The translations under genes and the position numbers were made by a program. A DNA stretch of 64,000 nt, taken from IMG/VR virus record IMGVR_UViG_3300010429_001737; one strand, given 5' to 3'. Below the pieces are notes generated by a model, which saw only the letters and a program-made list of their open reading frames with translations, made no database searches and was not told the origin of the DNA. Of the stretch, positions 1 through 8,345 are shown piece after piece. The stretch's first letter is position 1; every line of letters begins with the position of its first letter. The stretch comes from a virus (lineage: Duplodnaviria; Heunggongvirae; Uroviricota; Caudoviricetes).

Positions 1-1
1 A

Positions 2-172
2 TCAATAATAAACGATTTAGATTTTGAAAATGAAGCAAAAGCTCATGGAATGACAGTAAAAGAATATCGTCGGTATTTAGAATTTGGAACAATTGAATTT
101 CCATTATTTTTGTTAAAAAGAAAATTAAAATTAATCGAAGAAGAGGAAGACGAAAAACTACCTTGGGACTAA
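2..172 (+). CDS. 3' end of an upstream gene (partial; open from the window edge to the stop at 170-172)
   Basis: Frame 2 is open from position 2 to TAA at 170-172, encoding ...EEEEDEKLPWD*. No start codon lies in the window. Confidence 0.35.
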   Translation, partial: SIINDLDFENEAKAHGMTVKEYRRYLEFGTIEFPLFLLKRKLKLIEEEEDEKLPWD

Positions 173-225
173 CATTTATATAGTATATAATGTATCATAT
201 TAAAATAAATATCAAATAAACAAAA

Positions 226-1500
226 ATGAGTGAAGAATATATGAACAGAGATGATGATTTTGAAGATGAAGACGAAGTTTCGAATGCTGTAAACGATATT
301 TCAAATCTTATGAATAATAACCAAACTCCTCCTGTTCCTAACGCATTTACTCGAAACTTTTTCGTTCCTGGTAGTGAAACAATAACTCCCCAAAGAATAA
401 GAGAATCACGACGAAGAGGCAGAAGAACTTCAACTGTTACACAAGTTCAACCTTCCGCATATTTAACGGGTGAAGCTTTTAGATATGGAAGATGGTTGGC
501 CCCTAGTTCACAAGATAGATGTGAAAGAATCATTGAAGAATTAAAAAAGAAGAATATTGATAAAGTGATTAATAGTGTGAAGCATTTTGCTTTTGTTGAT
601 TTAACGTTTTTTGAATTAACTATGATTATTAATCCTGTAATATCTGATGGTAGAAAGGGGCCTGGTGAAGGCGATACTATTCAGAGTAACGGCTATAAGA
701 TTGTTCTTCAAAAACCATACGATGCTTTTAACGAATCATGTGAAAGAATAAAATTTAAAGAAAAGGTAATTGCTGATTATTACAGAGCAAAGAATCTGAT
801 TATTTTATATTATAATCCATTTCCTTTTAGACCAAGGATAAAGGAATGTATAAACAATATAAATTTATTACCAACATTTACTAAGGTAGATAATTCTAAA
901 GAGTTTCAAAAAGTATTACTTCAGAAGAATGCATCTATGTTTGTTAATACTTTGAAAAAGAATTTAGATAGGCTTTCAACAGACCAAGAAAATTTAAGAA
1001 ACGAAATTGATAACTTTTCTAGAAGAATATTAGTTAATCATCAGACTATAAGAATGAATGTTAAATTAATAGAATCTACTGCTCAGATGATAAGCAATTT
1101 TACAGAAACATTCTTGAAAAATGTTGATGAAATAAAAGAATTACCATTTATTGAAAAAGTTGAAATAACTCAAGACGGTATTAAAGTAACATATGGCGAT
1201 ATTTATATTCATTATATGAATCATGATTATTACATTGGAAATTTTTATGTTCTTATTAAGCCAGATAGAATCGAATTTTATAACACTAACAACGCGAAAG
1301 ATAATTATGACCACCCTCATGTCACAAGACACAGCCCTTGTTTTGGTTCATATAATGAAGATGTTTATAAATTACTGGGAAATCTAGATTTAAAAAGACT
1401 ATGTTTTCTCTTGTATCAATATTTAAAATCATATAATCCACAGTCACCTTATCGTCAAATAACTTCATGGAAAGAAAAAACTAATAGAGGTGAAAAATGA
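226..1500 (+). CDS. hypothetical protein (424 aa), acidic N-terminus
   Basis: Long ORF whose stop overlaps the next gene's start (ATGA). No family recognised by eye. Confidence 0.6.
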   Translation: MSEEYMNRDDDFEDEDEVSNAVNDISNLMNNNQTPPVPNAFTRNFFVPGSETITPQRIRESRRRGRRTSTVTQVQPSAYLTGEAFRYGRWLAPSSQDRCERIIEELKKKNIDKVINSVKHFAFVDLTFFELTMIINPVISDGRKGPGEGDTIQSNGYKIVLQKPYDAFNESCERIKFKEKVIADYYRAKNLIILYYNPFPFRPRIKECINNINLLPTFTKVDNSKEFQKVLLQKNASMFVNTLKKNLDRLSTDQENLRNEIDNFSRRILVNHQTIRMNVKLIESTAQMISNFTETFLKNVDEIKELPFIEKVEITQDGIKVTYGDIYIHYMNHDYYIGNFYVLIKPDRIEFYNTNNAKDNYDHPHVTRHSPCFGSYNEDVYKLLGNLDLKRLCFLLYQYLKSYNPQSPYRQITSWKEKTNRGEK

Positions 1501-1715
1501 CTGAATTACAATTTGAATTTGATACAATGGAAGAGTTACAAGAAGCACAGAAACATTTAGAAGATTATCATGATTGTGAAAAATGTCATGGAAAAATAGT
1601 CGCTATAACAAGTGACCCGTTGGGCAATACTCATTGTGCATATTGTGGAGCAAAAGTTAAATATCCAAAAATGAAAAAAGAGGCATTCGAAAAATGGTTA
1701 AAGGAACTGAAATGA
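1497..1715 (+). CDS. small zinc-ribbon protein (2x CxxC)
   Basis: CEKCHGK...CAYCG gives a four-Cys zinc-ribbon. It is start/stop coupled to both neighbours and heads the Ubl/E1/JAB cassette. Confidence 0.5.
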   Translation: MTELQFEFDTMEELQEAQKHLEDYHDCEKCHGKIVAITSDPLGNTHCAYCGAKVKYPKMKKEAFEKWLKELK

Positions 1716-1945
1716 AAAACACTAAAGTTGAAATAAACGGAAAAGATGTAACAGAAGCAAAATGGTATGAAAAGTTGTTAATAGCATTAGCTATACCTTT
1801 TGTTATATTTTTCTTTCTAGCAATAGTTTTCTTAATATTAGGCATTGTTGTCGTTGTTATGGCTTTCTTAATAATTTTAGCATTTATTTTAATTCCAATT
1901 GCAATTATAGCAGCTCTATTGGGAGGTAAACGTGAAAAACATTAA
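1712..1945 (+). CDS. small membrane protein with two hydrophobic helices
   Basis: ATGA overlap with the preceding gene. Long hydrophobic core IALAIPFVIFFFLAIVFLILGIVVVVMAFLIILAFILIPIAIIAALLGG. Start chosen at the coupled ATG (1712) instead of the track start (1694). Confidence 0.45.
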   Translation: MKNTKVEINGKDVTEAKWYEKLLIALAIPFVIFFFLAIVFLILGIVVVVMAFLIILAFILIPIAIIAALLGGKREKH

Positions 1946-2558
1946 AGTATTTATTAGGCCATCTTTGTATCAGAAGTTAGATTTTATAGCGAAAAATTAT
2001 AAAATAGAGTTAGGTGGTTATTTAACCGGTGAAACTAAAAATGGTAACGTTTACTTATACGATATATTATTACCCGAACAGGCTATTTCAACCGTTCATG
2101 TTAATATTACACCTAGAGACCAAGTACTATTACGAAAGAAATATGGAGACAAGTGCAAGAAAATAATTGGTCATTGGCATTCACATCACGAAATGATGCC
2201 TCATTGGTCGAGTGAAGACGAAAGTAATATGCGTGAGATTATGGAAAATCAGAAATTCTTTGTTTTTATAGTATCAAGCGTTCATGGACATACTATTAGA
2301 TTAAGTATACGTGACCCTATAAATATTGATTTAGAGAACTGTGAATTGTGTCTAAAGTCGTTGTCTTGGGATATGTTTATGAATTCAGTAAATAAAATAC
2401 TCGGGAAGAACGATAGTAAATACACAGATAAAATGTTAACTGATTTTTCGTATGACGACTCATTCTCTGATGAAAAAGACGGATATTCCGAATATTGTAA
2501 CTCAGAAGAAACACCAAATTCAGAGAACAATTTAAATAGTAATAAGGATTATATGTAA
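1932..2558 (+). CDS. JAB/MPN+ (JAMM) zinc metalloprotease, a deubiquitinase-like peptidase
   Basis: E...GGYLTGE followed by HWHSHHEMMPHWSSED fits the JAMM signature E-x(n)-H-x-H-x7-S-x2-D. Confidence 0.7.
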   Translation: MKNIKVFIRPSLYQKLDFIAKNYKIELGGYLTGETKNGNVYLYDILLPEQAISTVHVNITPRDQVLLRKKYGDKCKKIIGHWHSHHEMMPHWSSEDESNMREIMENQKFFVFIVSSVHGHTIRLSIRDPINIDLENCELCLKSLSWDMFMNSVNKILGKNDSKYTDKMLTDFSYDDSFSDEKDGYSEYCNSEETPNSENNLNSNKDYM

Positions 2559-2559
2559 C

Positions 2560-3246
2560 ATGAAAAATGAGATAAGTTTTATGAGACAGAAAGATTTGTT
2601 CGACCCCGTTAATCAAAGATTTAAAATAGTTGTCTTTGGTGCTGGAAGTTTGGGTTCATTTATTACTCTAAATTTAGCTAAATTAGGTTTTAATGACATT
2701 GAAGTGTTTGATTTTGATACAGTTGAAAGCCATAATATTCCAAATCAGTTTTATAAATCTAGTAGCATAGGAGAATTTAAAGTCGAAGCATTAAAAGAAA
2801 TAGTAAAAGATTTTACAGACGTAGAAATAACTACCCATAATGTTAAAGTTGATGAAAAAACAGAAATTCCAATTGGCGAAGTTGTTTATATTATAACATT
2901 TGATACATTAGAAGCAAGAAAGTTGATTTATGAAAAAGTTAAAGATTTTAAGTGTATAGTTTTAGATGTAAGAGTTGGAGGGGAAGAATATGAGATAAAC
3001 ATTGTTGACACAATGAAAGAAAACGAATTATCAGCATGGAAAAAAAGATTTGACATTGAAGTAACAGATTTACCATGTGGGGCACGCTCTATTATTTATA
3101 CGGTAGTTAATATTGCATCTGAAGTAAGTAACATAGTTAAAAAAATAAATAACAATGAAAATTATCCAGGTCGTCTTTTAAGAACTATGAAAAATTACAA
3201 TATTTTAAACAATCTAAATCAAAAGGGAGGTAAAACATATGAGTAA
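2560..3246 (+). CDS. E1-like ThiF/MoeB/UbaA-family adenylyltransferase
   Basis: Rossmann motif VVFGAGSLGSFITLNLAKLG followed by DFDTVESHNIPNQF, which matches the ThiF consensus G-x-G-x-x-G...D-x-D-x-V-x-x-S-N-L-x-R-Q. A candidate catalytic Cys sits in DLPCGAR. Confidence 0.7.
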   Translation: MKNEISFMRQKDLFDPVNQRFKIVVFGAGSLGSFITLNLAKLGFNDIEVFDFDTVESHNIPNQFYKSSSIGEFKVEALKEIVKDFTDVEITTHNVKVDEKTEIPIGEVVYIITFDTLEARKLIYEKVKDFKCIVLDVRVGGEEYEINIVDTMKENELSAWKKRFDIEVTDLPCGARSIIYTVVNIASEVSNIVKKINNNENYPGRLLRTMKNYNILNNLNQKGGKTYE

Positions 3247-3460
3247 ACAAATAACAATCGTCGAAGGCTTGAACGGTGAAGAAAAAAGACTTACAGTGCC
3301 AGATAATTCACTTGTTTCAGACGCTTTAAGAGCTGCTGGTATAAGTGTTGGCAGTGGACGGTCAATTACTTCATTTAGTGATGCCGGTAACATAGAAGCT
3401 GGTGAGCTAGTTAGAGATGGGGAAACTTATCTTTTAACATCAAATCATCATAGCGGATAA
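3239..3460 (+). CDS. small beta-grasp ubiquitin-like protein (ThiS/MoaD/SAMP-like) ending in Gly
   Basis: 73 aa, overlapping the E1 gene. C-terminus ...NHHSG* ends in glycine. Its position right after E1 and JAB matches Ubl operon architecture. Confidence 0.5.
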   Translation: MSKQITIVEGLNGEEKRLTVPDNSLVSDALRAAGISVGSGRSITSFSDAGNIEAGELVRDGETYLLTSNHHSG

Positions 3461-3559
3461 AACTATTTAAACTTTTATTTTTTAAGTTAATTGAAGTAAG
3501 TTAAAGTAATTATTAAGTATTATTAAGACAATAAGTAAATCAAAGAAATAAGAAGAAAA

Positions 3560-3937
3560 ATGAAGAAACACAAGTATCAACTATGGAATAGAATACATAA
3601 TTCTTATAATAATTCGAAGAAGCAAACTCATATTAAAATTGATGATTCTGAAGTTGCTGGTTTTCCTTTTTCTGTATACGTAGTCTCTTCTTTTATTATT
3701 TTACTGGGAATCTTAGTCGTCGTAACTTTTAATATTAACTTAAACGGTATGACAGGTCATTCTGTTTTTTATGAACAGAATCAAGACTTAAATACTAGAG
3801 CTCATAATGTCATAGGTGTTTTGGTTAGTATGTTGTTTTGTGTTACTATAGTTTCCTTTTCTTTTGCTAAATTCTATAAAGATAAGTATAAAAAAGAAAA
3901 TTATAAACTCATGAAATTAAAAAAGAGGTTACAATGA
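3560..3937 (+). CDS. membrane protein (125 aa)
   Basis: Two hydrophobic segments. Coupled to the downstream gene by an ATGA overlap. Confidence 0.45.
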   Translation: MKKHKYQLWNRIHNSYNNSKKQTHIKIDDSEVAGFPFSVYVVSSFIILLGILVVVTFNINLNGMTGHSVFYEQNQDLNTRAHNVIGVLVSMLFCVTIVSFSFAKFYKDKYKKENYKLMKLKKRLQ

Positions 3938-4557
3938 AAAAAAATATTAAAAAAATAAATAACTTGGAAAAGGTTTTATATGGAAAAACTTATGCAAAAG
4001 AAAAATTGTATTTTAATAAAAATAAAATTCTACGACGACAGTGGTTTTCATTATTATTTTGTAATTTAATTTTATTAGTTTCTATAATAGTATTAATGCT
4101 GCATACGTATTACCAGCCTGCTACAGATGGCGTGGTTGTTGATTATGACGGGTTAACAATAAAAGAAAAGCAACATGTTCAAGATATCATGGCCGATGTA
4201 AAAAAAGAGTACTTAGAATATCAGAAGTCTATTATTTTTACAGATGATTTGATTAAACATATGAATTTTGTTCAAAAAACGGAATTATATCTTGATAGAG
4301 TTGATGGTTCTGATGTCTTAGGGTTTAACGGTAATGGTCATATTGTCGTTTTATACACTAATGACACTTTAGCATTAAAGAGAACAATATGTCATGAGTT
4401 ATTACACACTTTTTTTAAAACTTCTGATGGGGCCCACAAGATAATTTATGACGAAGAATATCTAATTCCATGTTTTAAAGAATCTGATTATTTTGCTGCT
4501 GCGCTAAATTTATATTATTACAAGAATAATAACGAGGGGCAAGAAGATGGAAGTTAG
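3934..4557 (+). CDS. membrane-anchored putative HExxH zinc metallopeptidase
   Basis: N-terminal TM helix LLFCNLILLVSIIVLML. HELLH motif at TICHELLHTFF. Confidence 0.4.
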   Translation: MKKNIKKINNLEKVLYGKTYAKEKLYFNKNKILRRQWFSLLFCNLILLVSIIVLMLHTYYQPATDGVVVDYDGLTIKEKQHVQDIMADVKKEYLEYQKSIIFTDDLIKHMNFVQKTELYLDRVDGSDVLGFNGNGHIVVLYTNDTLALKRTICHELLHTFFKTSDGAHKIIYDEEYLIPCFKESDYFAAALNLYYYKNNNEGQEDGS

Positions 4558-4714
4558 CGGTAAAGTTAAATTGTTGCGCGTTAAAGATAGTAACGGTGAA
4601 ATTATAGAAGCTATAGCTCTAGATGATTTGTTTGATTTTATTACAGAATTAAACATAAAAATTCCAGATGTTTATCAAAAATGGGAAGTATTAATGGGGG
4701 TAATTGGTAGATGA
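4547..4714 (+). CDS. small hypothetical protein (55 aa)
   Basis: ORF preceded by a GAGGGG ribosome-binding site. Its stop overlaps the start of the HNH gene (ATGA). Below the size cut-off of the ORF track. Confidence 0.25.
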   Translation: MEVSGKVKLLRVKDSNGEIIEAIALDDLFDFITELNIKIPDVYQKWEVLMGVIGR

Positions 4715-5049
4715 CTACTTATAATGTTAAAATTTTTACTAGAGAGTATGGTGTAGAATTACATGTTAGCGATAGTATATGTTTTCTATGTGGAGAACCT
4801 TTTAATTCTACAACACACAAAAAGACAAAACATCATTCTATTCCAAAGTTTCTAAAACCAAAATTTAATGTTGTTGTTCCAATAGGCAAATCGTGTCATC
4901 ATGAAATGAATAAAATCTTCGAACCTAAATTATTATATCACAAGAACAGTGTAAAAATGTTGATGGATAGTTTAACAAAAAATCATCTTAAAGTTATGAA
5001 TAAAGTTAAAAAAATTCATGACAATATTGACACAGAGGTGAAAAAATAA
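4711..5049 (+). CDS. HNH endonuclease
   Basis: CFLCGEP...TKHHSIPKF...GKSCHHEMN gives a CxxC...HH...CxxH arrangement typical of the HNH zinc-finger nuclease. Confidence 0.55.
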   Translation: MTTYNVKIFTREYGVELHVSDSICFLCGEPFNSTTHKKTKHHSIPKFLKPKFNVVVPIGKSCHHEMNKIFEPKLLYHKNSVKMLMDSLTKNHLKVMNKVKKIHDNIDTEVKK

Positions 5050-5050
5050 A

Positions 5051-5257
5051 ATGGACATCGACGTTATAAAAAGAAACATTGGAAAGCATTGTAAAATTAT
5101 TTTAAAAAATAATTATGAATACACAGCAGTGATACCAGACTTCAATGGTACTTCGTTTGAAATAAAGGATAAGTTTAATAAAACCACTATCATTGAATGT
5201 TCTTTCATTGCGTTTATACAAGTGCAAGATGAAAATCAGGAGGATTATAAACAATGA
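5051..5257 (+). CDS. hypothetical protein (68 aa)
   Basis: ORF coupled to the primase gene by an ATGA overlap. Confidence 0.4.
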   Translation: MDIDVIKRNIGKHCKIILKNNYEYTAVIPDFNGTSFEIKDKFNKTTIIECSFIAFIQVQDENQEDYKQ

Positions 5258-8200
5258 TTGATATTCCTGAAAATTTGAGAAAGGGTACTTATCGATTCGT
5301 TAGACTTGAGAAGGAAACCAAGCGGCCTGTTGACAAAAACTGGACTACTGAAAATAATTATGCATTCGATAGTCCTATTATAATTGACTGGATTGCTAAT
5401 GGCAATAATTATGGCTGTTGTGGAGGATTCGGAGGTTTAGTGATTTTAGATTTAGATAATATGGATTTTGTATATGAGATAGAAGATTTGTTACCATCAA
5501 CCTTTACAGTAGAAACTGGTTCTTCAAAAAGACATTATTATTTTGAAGTTGATAATCCTGAAAAGATAATTTTGGATAAAGACGGAAAACACATTGGAGA
5601 AATACAAGGTGCTGGCGCTCAATGTGTTGGGCCGGGTAGTATCCATCCTGTTACAAAAAAAGAATATAAGGTTATTAATGATATTCCAATAGCTAAGCTA
5701 GATACCCCTTTGATTAATTATATTAAGGAAAATTATTCAATAATGAAGAATTTTGAAACAAAAAGCCCGATGTGGAATAAATACCAGACGAATAGTATTT
5801 CTGACCAAATACGTTTAACTGATTTAATTGATACTAGTAAATTTAAAAAGACACCTGCCGGTGAATTGTATGGCAGTCATCCTATTCATGGTAGTTCTAC
5901 CGGGATGAACTTTTTTATTAATCCTGATAAGAATCTCTGGCACTGCTTTACAGGAAACCAAATTATTTTTACAGAGGCGGGAATGAAGAAAATAAAAGAT
6001 GTTGCTGTCGGTGAGAAAATATGGGGAACTAATAAAAGAATACAAAAAGTGAAGACGAAGTTTGCGAGGAAGTTTACTGGAAAAATGTATACAATTGATA
6101 CCAGTTATATACATCCGGCGATTAGAGTTACTGAAGGTCATCCGTTTTTAGTTGGAAGTTTGACATATAAACATCGTCGTTATTACAAAGATGATTTACA
6201 AAATGTAAAAATAAATTGGAAAAACGTTGAAAATATTGTTCCCGGAAAAGACTATTTAATGATAAAGAAAAGCTTTGGTAATTTGAATCAAATTGATATG
6301 AGACCGTTTAAGAATAAGAATCATCCATCTAGAGTTTCTGATGTTCTTTTATTAGACAAGGAGCTTGGCGAATTAATCGGATGGTGGCTAGCGGAAGGTA
6401 GCATTACAAAAACTAGTCATGGCTATCCTCGAATAAACTTTACACTATCATATTATGAAACAGAAAATATAAAAAGATTGCAATATTTATTGCAAAAAAA
6501 ATTAAAAGTTAAAGCGACGATTCGTAGATATAAGGACAGGGGAACCTCGATTATTCGAATAGGATGTGGTCCCTTTGCAAGATTTTTAGAACATTATTTT
6601 AGAAAAGGCGCTAAAAATAAACAACTTGGGATATTTGTTAATGCTAATCGTGATTTTCTTGATGGACTGACACAAAGTTATATTAAGGGTGATGGTCATG
6701 AATCTGTTAATAAACGCTCAGTTAGTTCTGTTTCGGAAAAATTGTGTCGTGAAATTCAGTTTGTTCTTTTACGACTCGGGTATAATTATAGAATGCCGAC
6801 TCCTCGACCAGCAAAGCAAAAGTTCGATAAAAAAAGAAACGTGTATTATAATTCAGCCCTAACGTGGCGAATTAATTATAATAAAGTAAAAAAACAAGAT
6901 AAGTTTTTTCAAAACGACGAATATATGTTTTTAGGTATAAATAAAATTACACATAGAACATGTCGTGAAATGGTATATAACCTAGAAACAGAAGACCATA
7001 CTTATCTTTTACCATTTATTACTCATAATTGTTTTCGTGATATGTCAGGGGGCGACTCTCTCGCGTGGATTGCGATTCAGGAAGGAATATGTCAATGTCA
7101 TGATTTTTCCGATGGTGGAAAAAAACTAAGAGGTAAAGATTTCTTAGATGTAATTAAAATAGCAAAAGAAAAGTATAACTTAAAAATCGATATGGACAAA
7201 GTCGCTAAGATGCCTCTAAAAACATGGGAGGATTACCAAATTTCACCAGTATTATTAGATAATTTATCTCTTGACGGTTTGGAATTAGTTTATTCTGAAG
7301 ATGTTAAGAATCTTAATGTTCCCGATGTTGAGTGGTTAGTTGATGAAATTATACCTATTAATTCATTTTATGTCTTTGCCGGAAGAAGCGGAGCATATAA
7401 AACATTGTCATCATTGCATATGGCTTTTTGTATTTCAGAAGGACTTCCTGTGTATGGGAAATATAAGACAAAACAAATGCCAGTTTTATATCTTAATGAA
7501 GAAAACACATGGGAAATATTTAAACCGATGGTTGAAAATGCTAGGAATGGGTTACGAACACAAGGGTCGAAGGAATTATCTTTTTCAACATTTCAGAATT
7601 TATCATTAGATATGGTTGATGTAAGTGGACGGGCAAAATTAGAGAAAATGATAATTAAATCTGGAGCCAAGGTAATATTTTTTGATTCTTTTAAGAGATA
7701 TATTAGGTTTGATGAAAATGATGCCAATAAAGTAAATGAATTTTTTAATTTTATACTTAAACCTCTTAGAATAAAATATGGATTAACAATTATAGTTCTA
7801 CATCATACAAAGAAAGAAAATCCTAACTCAAAATATACTGTAGATAAAAAGGACTTAATAAGGGGGTCTAGCGACTTAGTTAATATAGCTGATGGAATTT
7901 TATTTTTTGAAAAAGGAGTAAGACCTTTAACATATACTTTATATCAACTTAAATCTAGAGTATCAGAGGAATTCGACCCGAAGATGATAAAAATAATGTA
8001 TGATAAGGATGGGGGATTTGGTTTTGAAGAACTAACAAGTGCATCTAAAGATGTTGAAAAGTTAGCTACAGATGCCTGTGCAAATGAAATGTTTGAACAT
8101 ATTATGGCAACTAGTATGGGTGAGTTTAAAGCTGAAGTTATGCACGAAAGGTATGATGCAAAGTATAAAAAAGGCCCCGTAACAAGTGCGCTAAATAAAC

Positions 8201-8343
8201 TTCAGACTCAAGAAATATTGTTAAAGTCATCAAGAGGTATGCTTAAAGTAAATAAATTACATCCAACAGTTCAAGATTATGAAAACGGAAGAATAGATTT
8301 AGATAAATGTCAAAGGCTGTTAGATTCTGAAAATCCAGATTAA
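5254..8343 (+). CDS. DNA primase-polymerase fused to a RecA-family (AAA_25/DnaB-like) replicative helicase; intein-containing precursor
   Basis: The N-terminal prim-pol-like region (GCCGGFGGLVILDLD, HYYFEVDN) is followed by a zinc motif, HPIHGSSTG...NLWH-C. After intein removal this motif reads NLWHCFRDMSGGD. The C-terminus carries Walker A VFAGRSGAYKT, Walker B VIFFDSF and the RepA/DnaB-type IIVLHHTKK motif. Confidence 0.85.
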   Translation: MIDIPENLRKGTYRFVRLEKETKRPVDKNWTTENNYAFDSPIIIDWIANGNNYGCCGGFGGLVILDLDNMDFVYEIEDLLPSTFTVETGSSKRHYYFEVDNPEKIILDKDGKHIGEIQGAGAQCVGPGSIHPVTKKEYKVINDIPIAKLDTPLINYIKENYSIMKNFETKSPMWNKYQTNSISDQIRLTDLIDTSKFKKTPAGELYGSHPIHGSSTGMNFFINPDKNLWHCFTGNQIIFTEAGMKKIKDVAVGEKIWGTNKRIQKVKTKFARKFTGKMYTIDTSYIHPAIRVTEGHPFLVGSLTYKHRRYYKDDLQNVKINWKNVENIVPGKDYLMIKKSFGNLNQIDMRPFKNKNHPSRVSDVLLLDKELGELIGWWLAEGSITKTSHGYPRINFTLSYYETENIKRLQYLLQKKLKVKATIRRYKDRGTSIIRIGCGPFARFLEHYFRKGAKNKQLGIFVNANRDFLDGLTQSYIKGDGHESVNKRSVSSVSEKLCREIQFVLLRLGYNYRMPTPRPAKQKFDKKRNVYYNSALTWRINYNKVKKQDKFFQNDEYMFLGINKITHRTCREMVYNLETEDHTYLLPFITHNCFRDMSGGDSLAWIAIQEGICQCHDFSDGGKKLRGKDFLDVIKIAKEKYNLKIDMDKVAKMPLKTWEDYQISPVLLDNLSLDGLELVYSEDVKNLNVPDVEWLVDEIIPINSFYVFAGRSGAYKTLSSLHMAFCISEGLPVYGKYKTKQMPVLYLNEENTWEIFKPMVENARNGLRTQGSKELSFSTFQNLSLDMVDVSGRAKLEKMIIKSGAKVIFFDSFKRYIRFDENDANKVNEFFNFILKPLRIKYGLTIIVLHHTKKENPNSKYTVDKKDLIRGSSDLVNIADGILFFEKGVRPLTYTLYQLKSRVSEEFDPKMIKIMYDKDGGFGFEELTSASKDVEKLATDACANEMFEHIMATSMGEFKAEVMHERYDAKYKKGPVTSALNKLQTQEILLKSSRGMLKVNKLHPTVQDYENGRIDLDKCQRLLDSENPD
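5944..7029 (+). mobile_element. intein (about 362 aa) with a LAGLIDADG homing-endonuclease domain, inserted in the primase zinc motif
   Basis: Starts with CFTGNQIIFTE...VTEGHPFLV (N-terminal Hint blocks). Two LAGLIDADG-like motifs (LGELIGWWLAEGS and FLDGLTQSYIKGDGH). Ends with ITHN, and the next extein residue is Cys (CFRDM). In frame with the host ORF. Confidence 0.8.
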
Positions 8344-8345
8344 AT

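Noticed and set aside
1141-1332. Minus-strand ORFs in the six-frame track (1141-1332, 1657-1845, 2282-2616, 5824-6141, 8419-8622, 22282-22485, 29528-29824, 31302-31484, 32669-32854, 33336-33716, 35938-36189, 40955-41152, 45303-45506, 46395-46604, 46868-47257, 47847-48044, 51171-51461, 51591-52063, 52718-52951, 53133-53351, 55481-55783, 55839-56030, 56392-56640, 57094-57312, 58665-58931, 59574-59792, 61724-61906, 63140-63469)
   Set aside because: Every one lies antisense inside a long, well-supported + strand gene in a genome that is about 70% AT, where stop-free antisense stretches of 60-130 codons arise by chance. None has a ribosome-binding site or promoter motif. Their compositions (Ile/Asn/Phe-rich, or Pro-rich opposite Gly codons) mirror the sense strand.
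226-1500. Calling the first long ORF a portal or capsid protein because it precedes a replication module
   Set aside because: No recognisable portal or HK97 motifs could be identified by eye. It is left as hypothetical.
3239-3460. Calling the 73-aa protein a bona fide ubiquitin/SAMP with a di-glycine tail
   Set aside because: The C-terminus is ...HHSG, not GG. It is kept as a Ubl/beta-grasp candidate on the basis of operon context, but a canonical GG-type modifier is not claimed.
7340-7609. Alternative-frame + strand ORFs inside large genes (7340-7609, 18158-18346, 23788-23976, 24040-24225, 27176-27433, 39217-39444, 39781-40095, 42484-42675, 45463-45651, 47860-48066, 51275-51517, 52511-52813)
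   Set aside because: They are nested out-of-frame within much longer ORFs that have clear domain content. No independent start signals. Overlapping genes of this type are unlikely.
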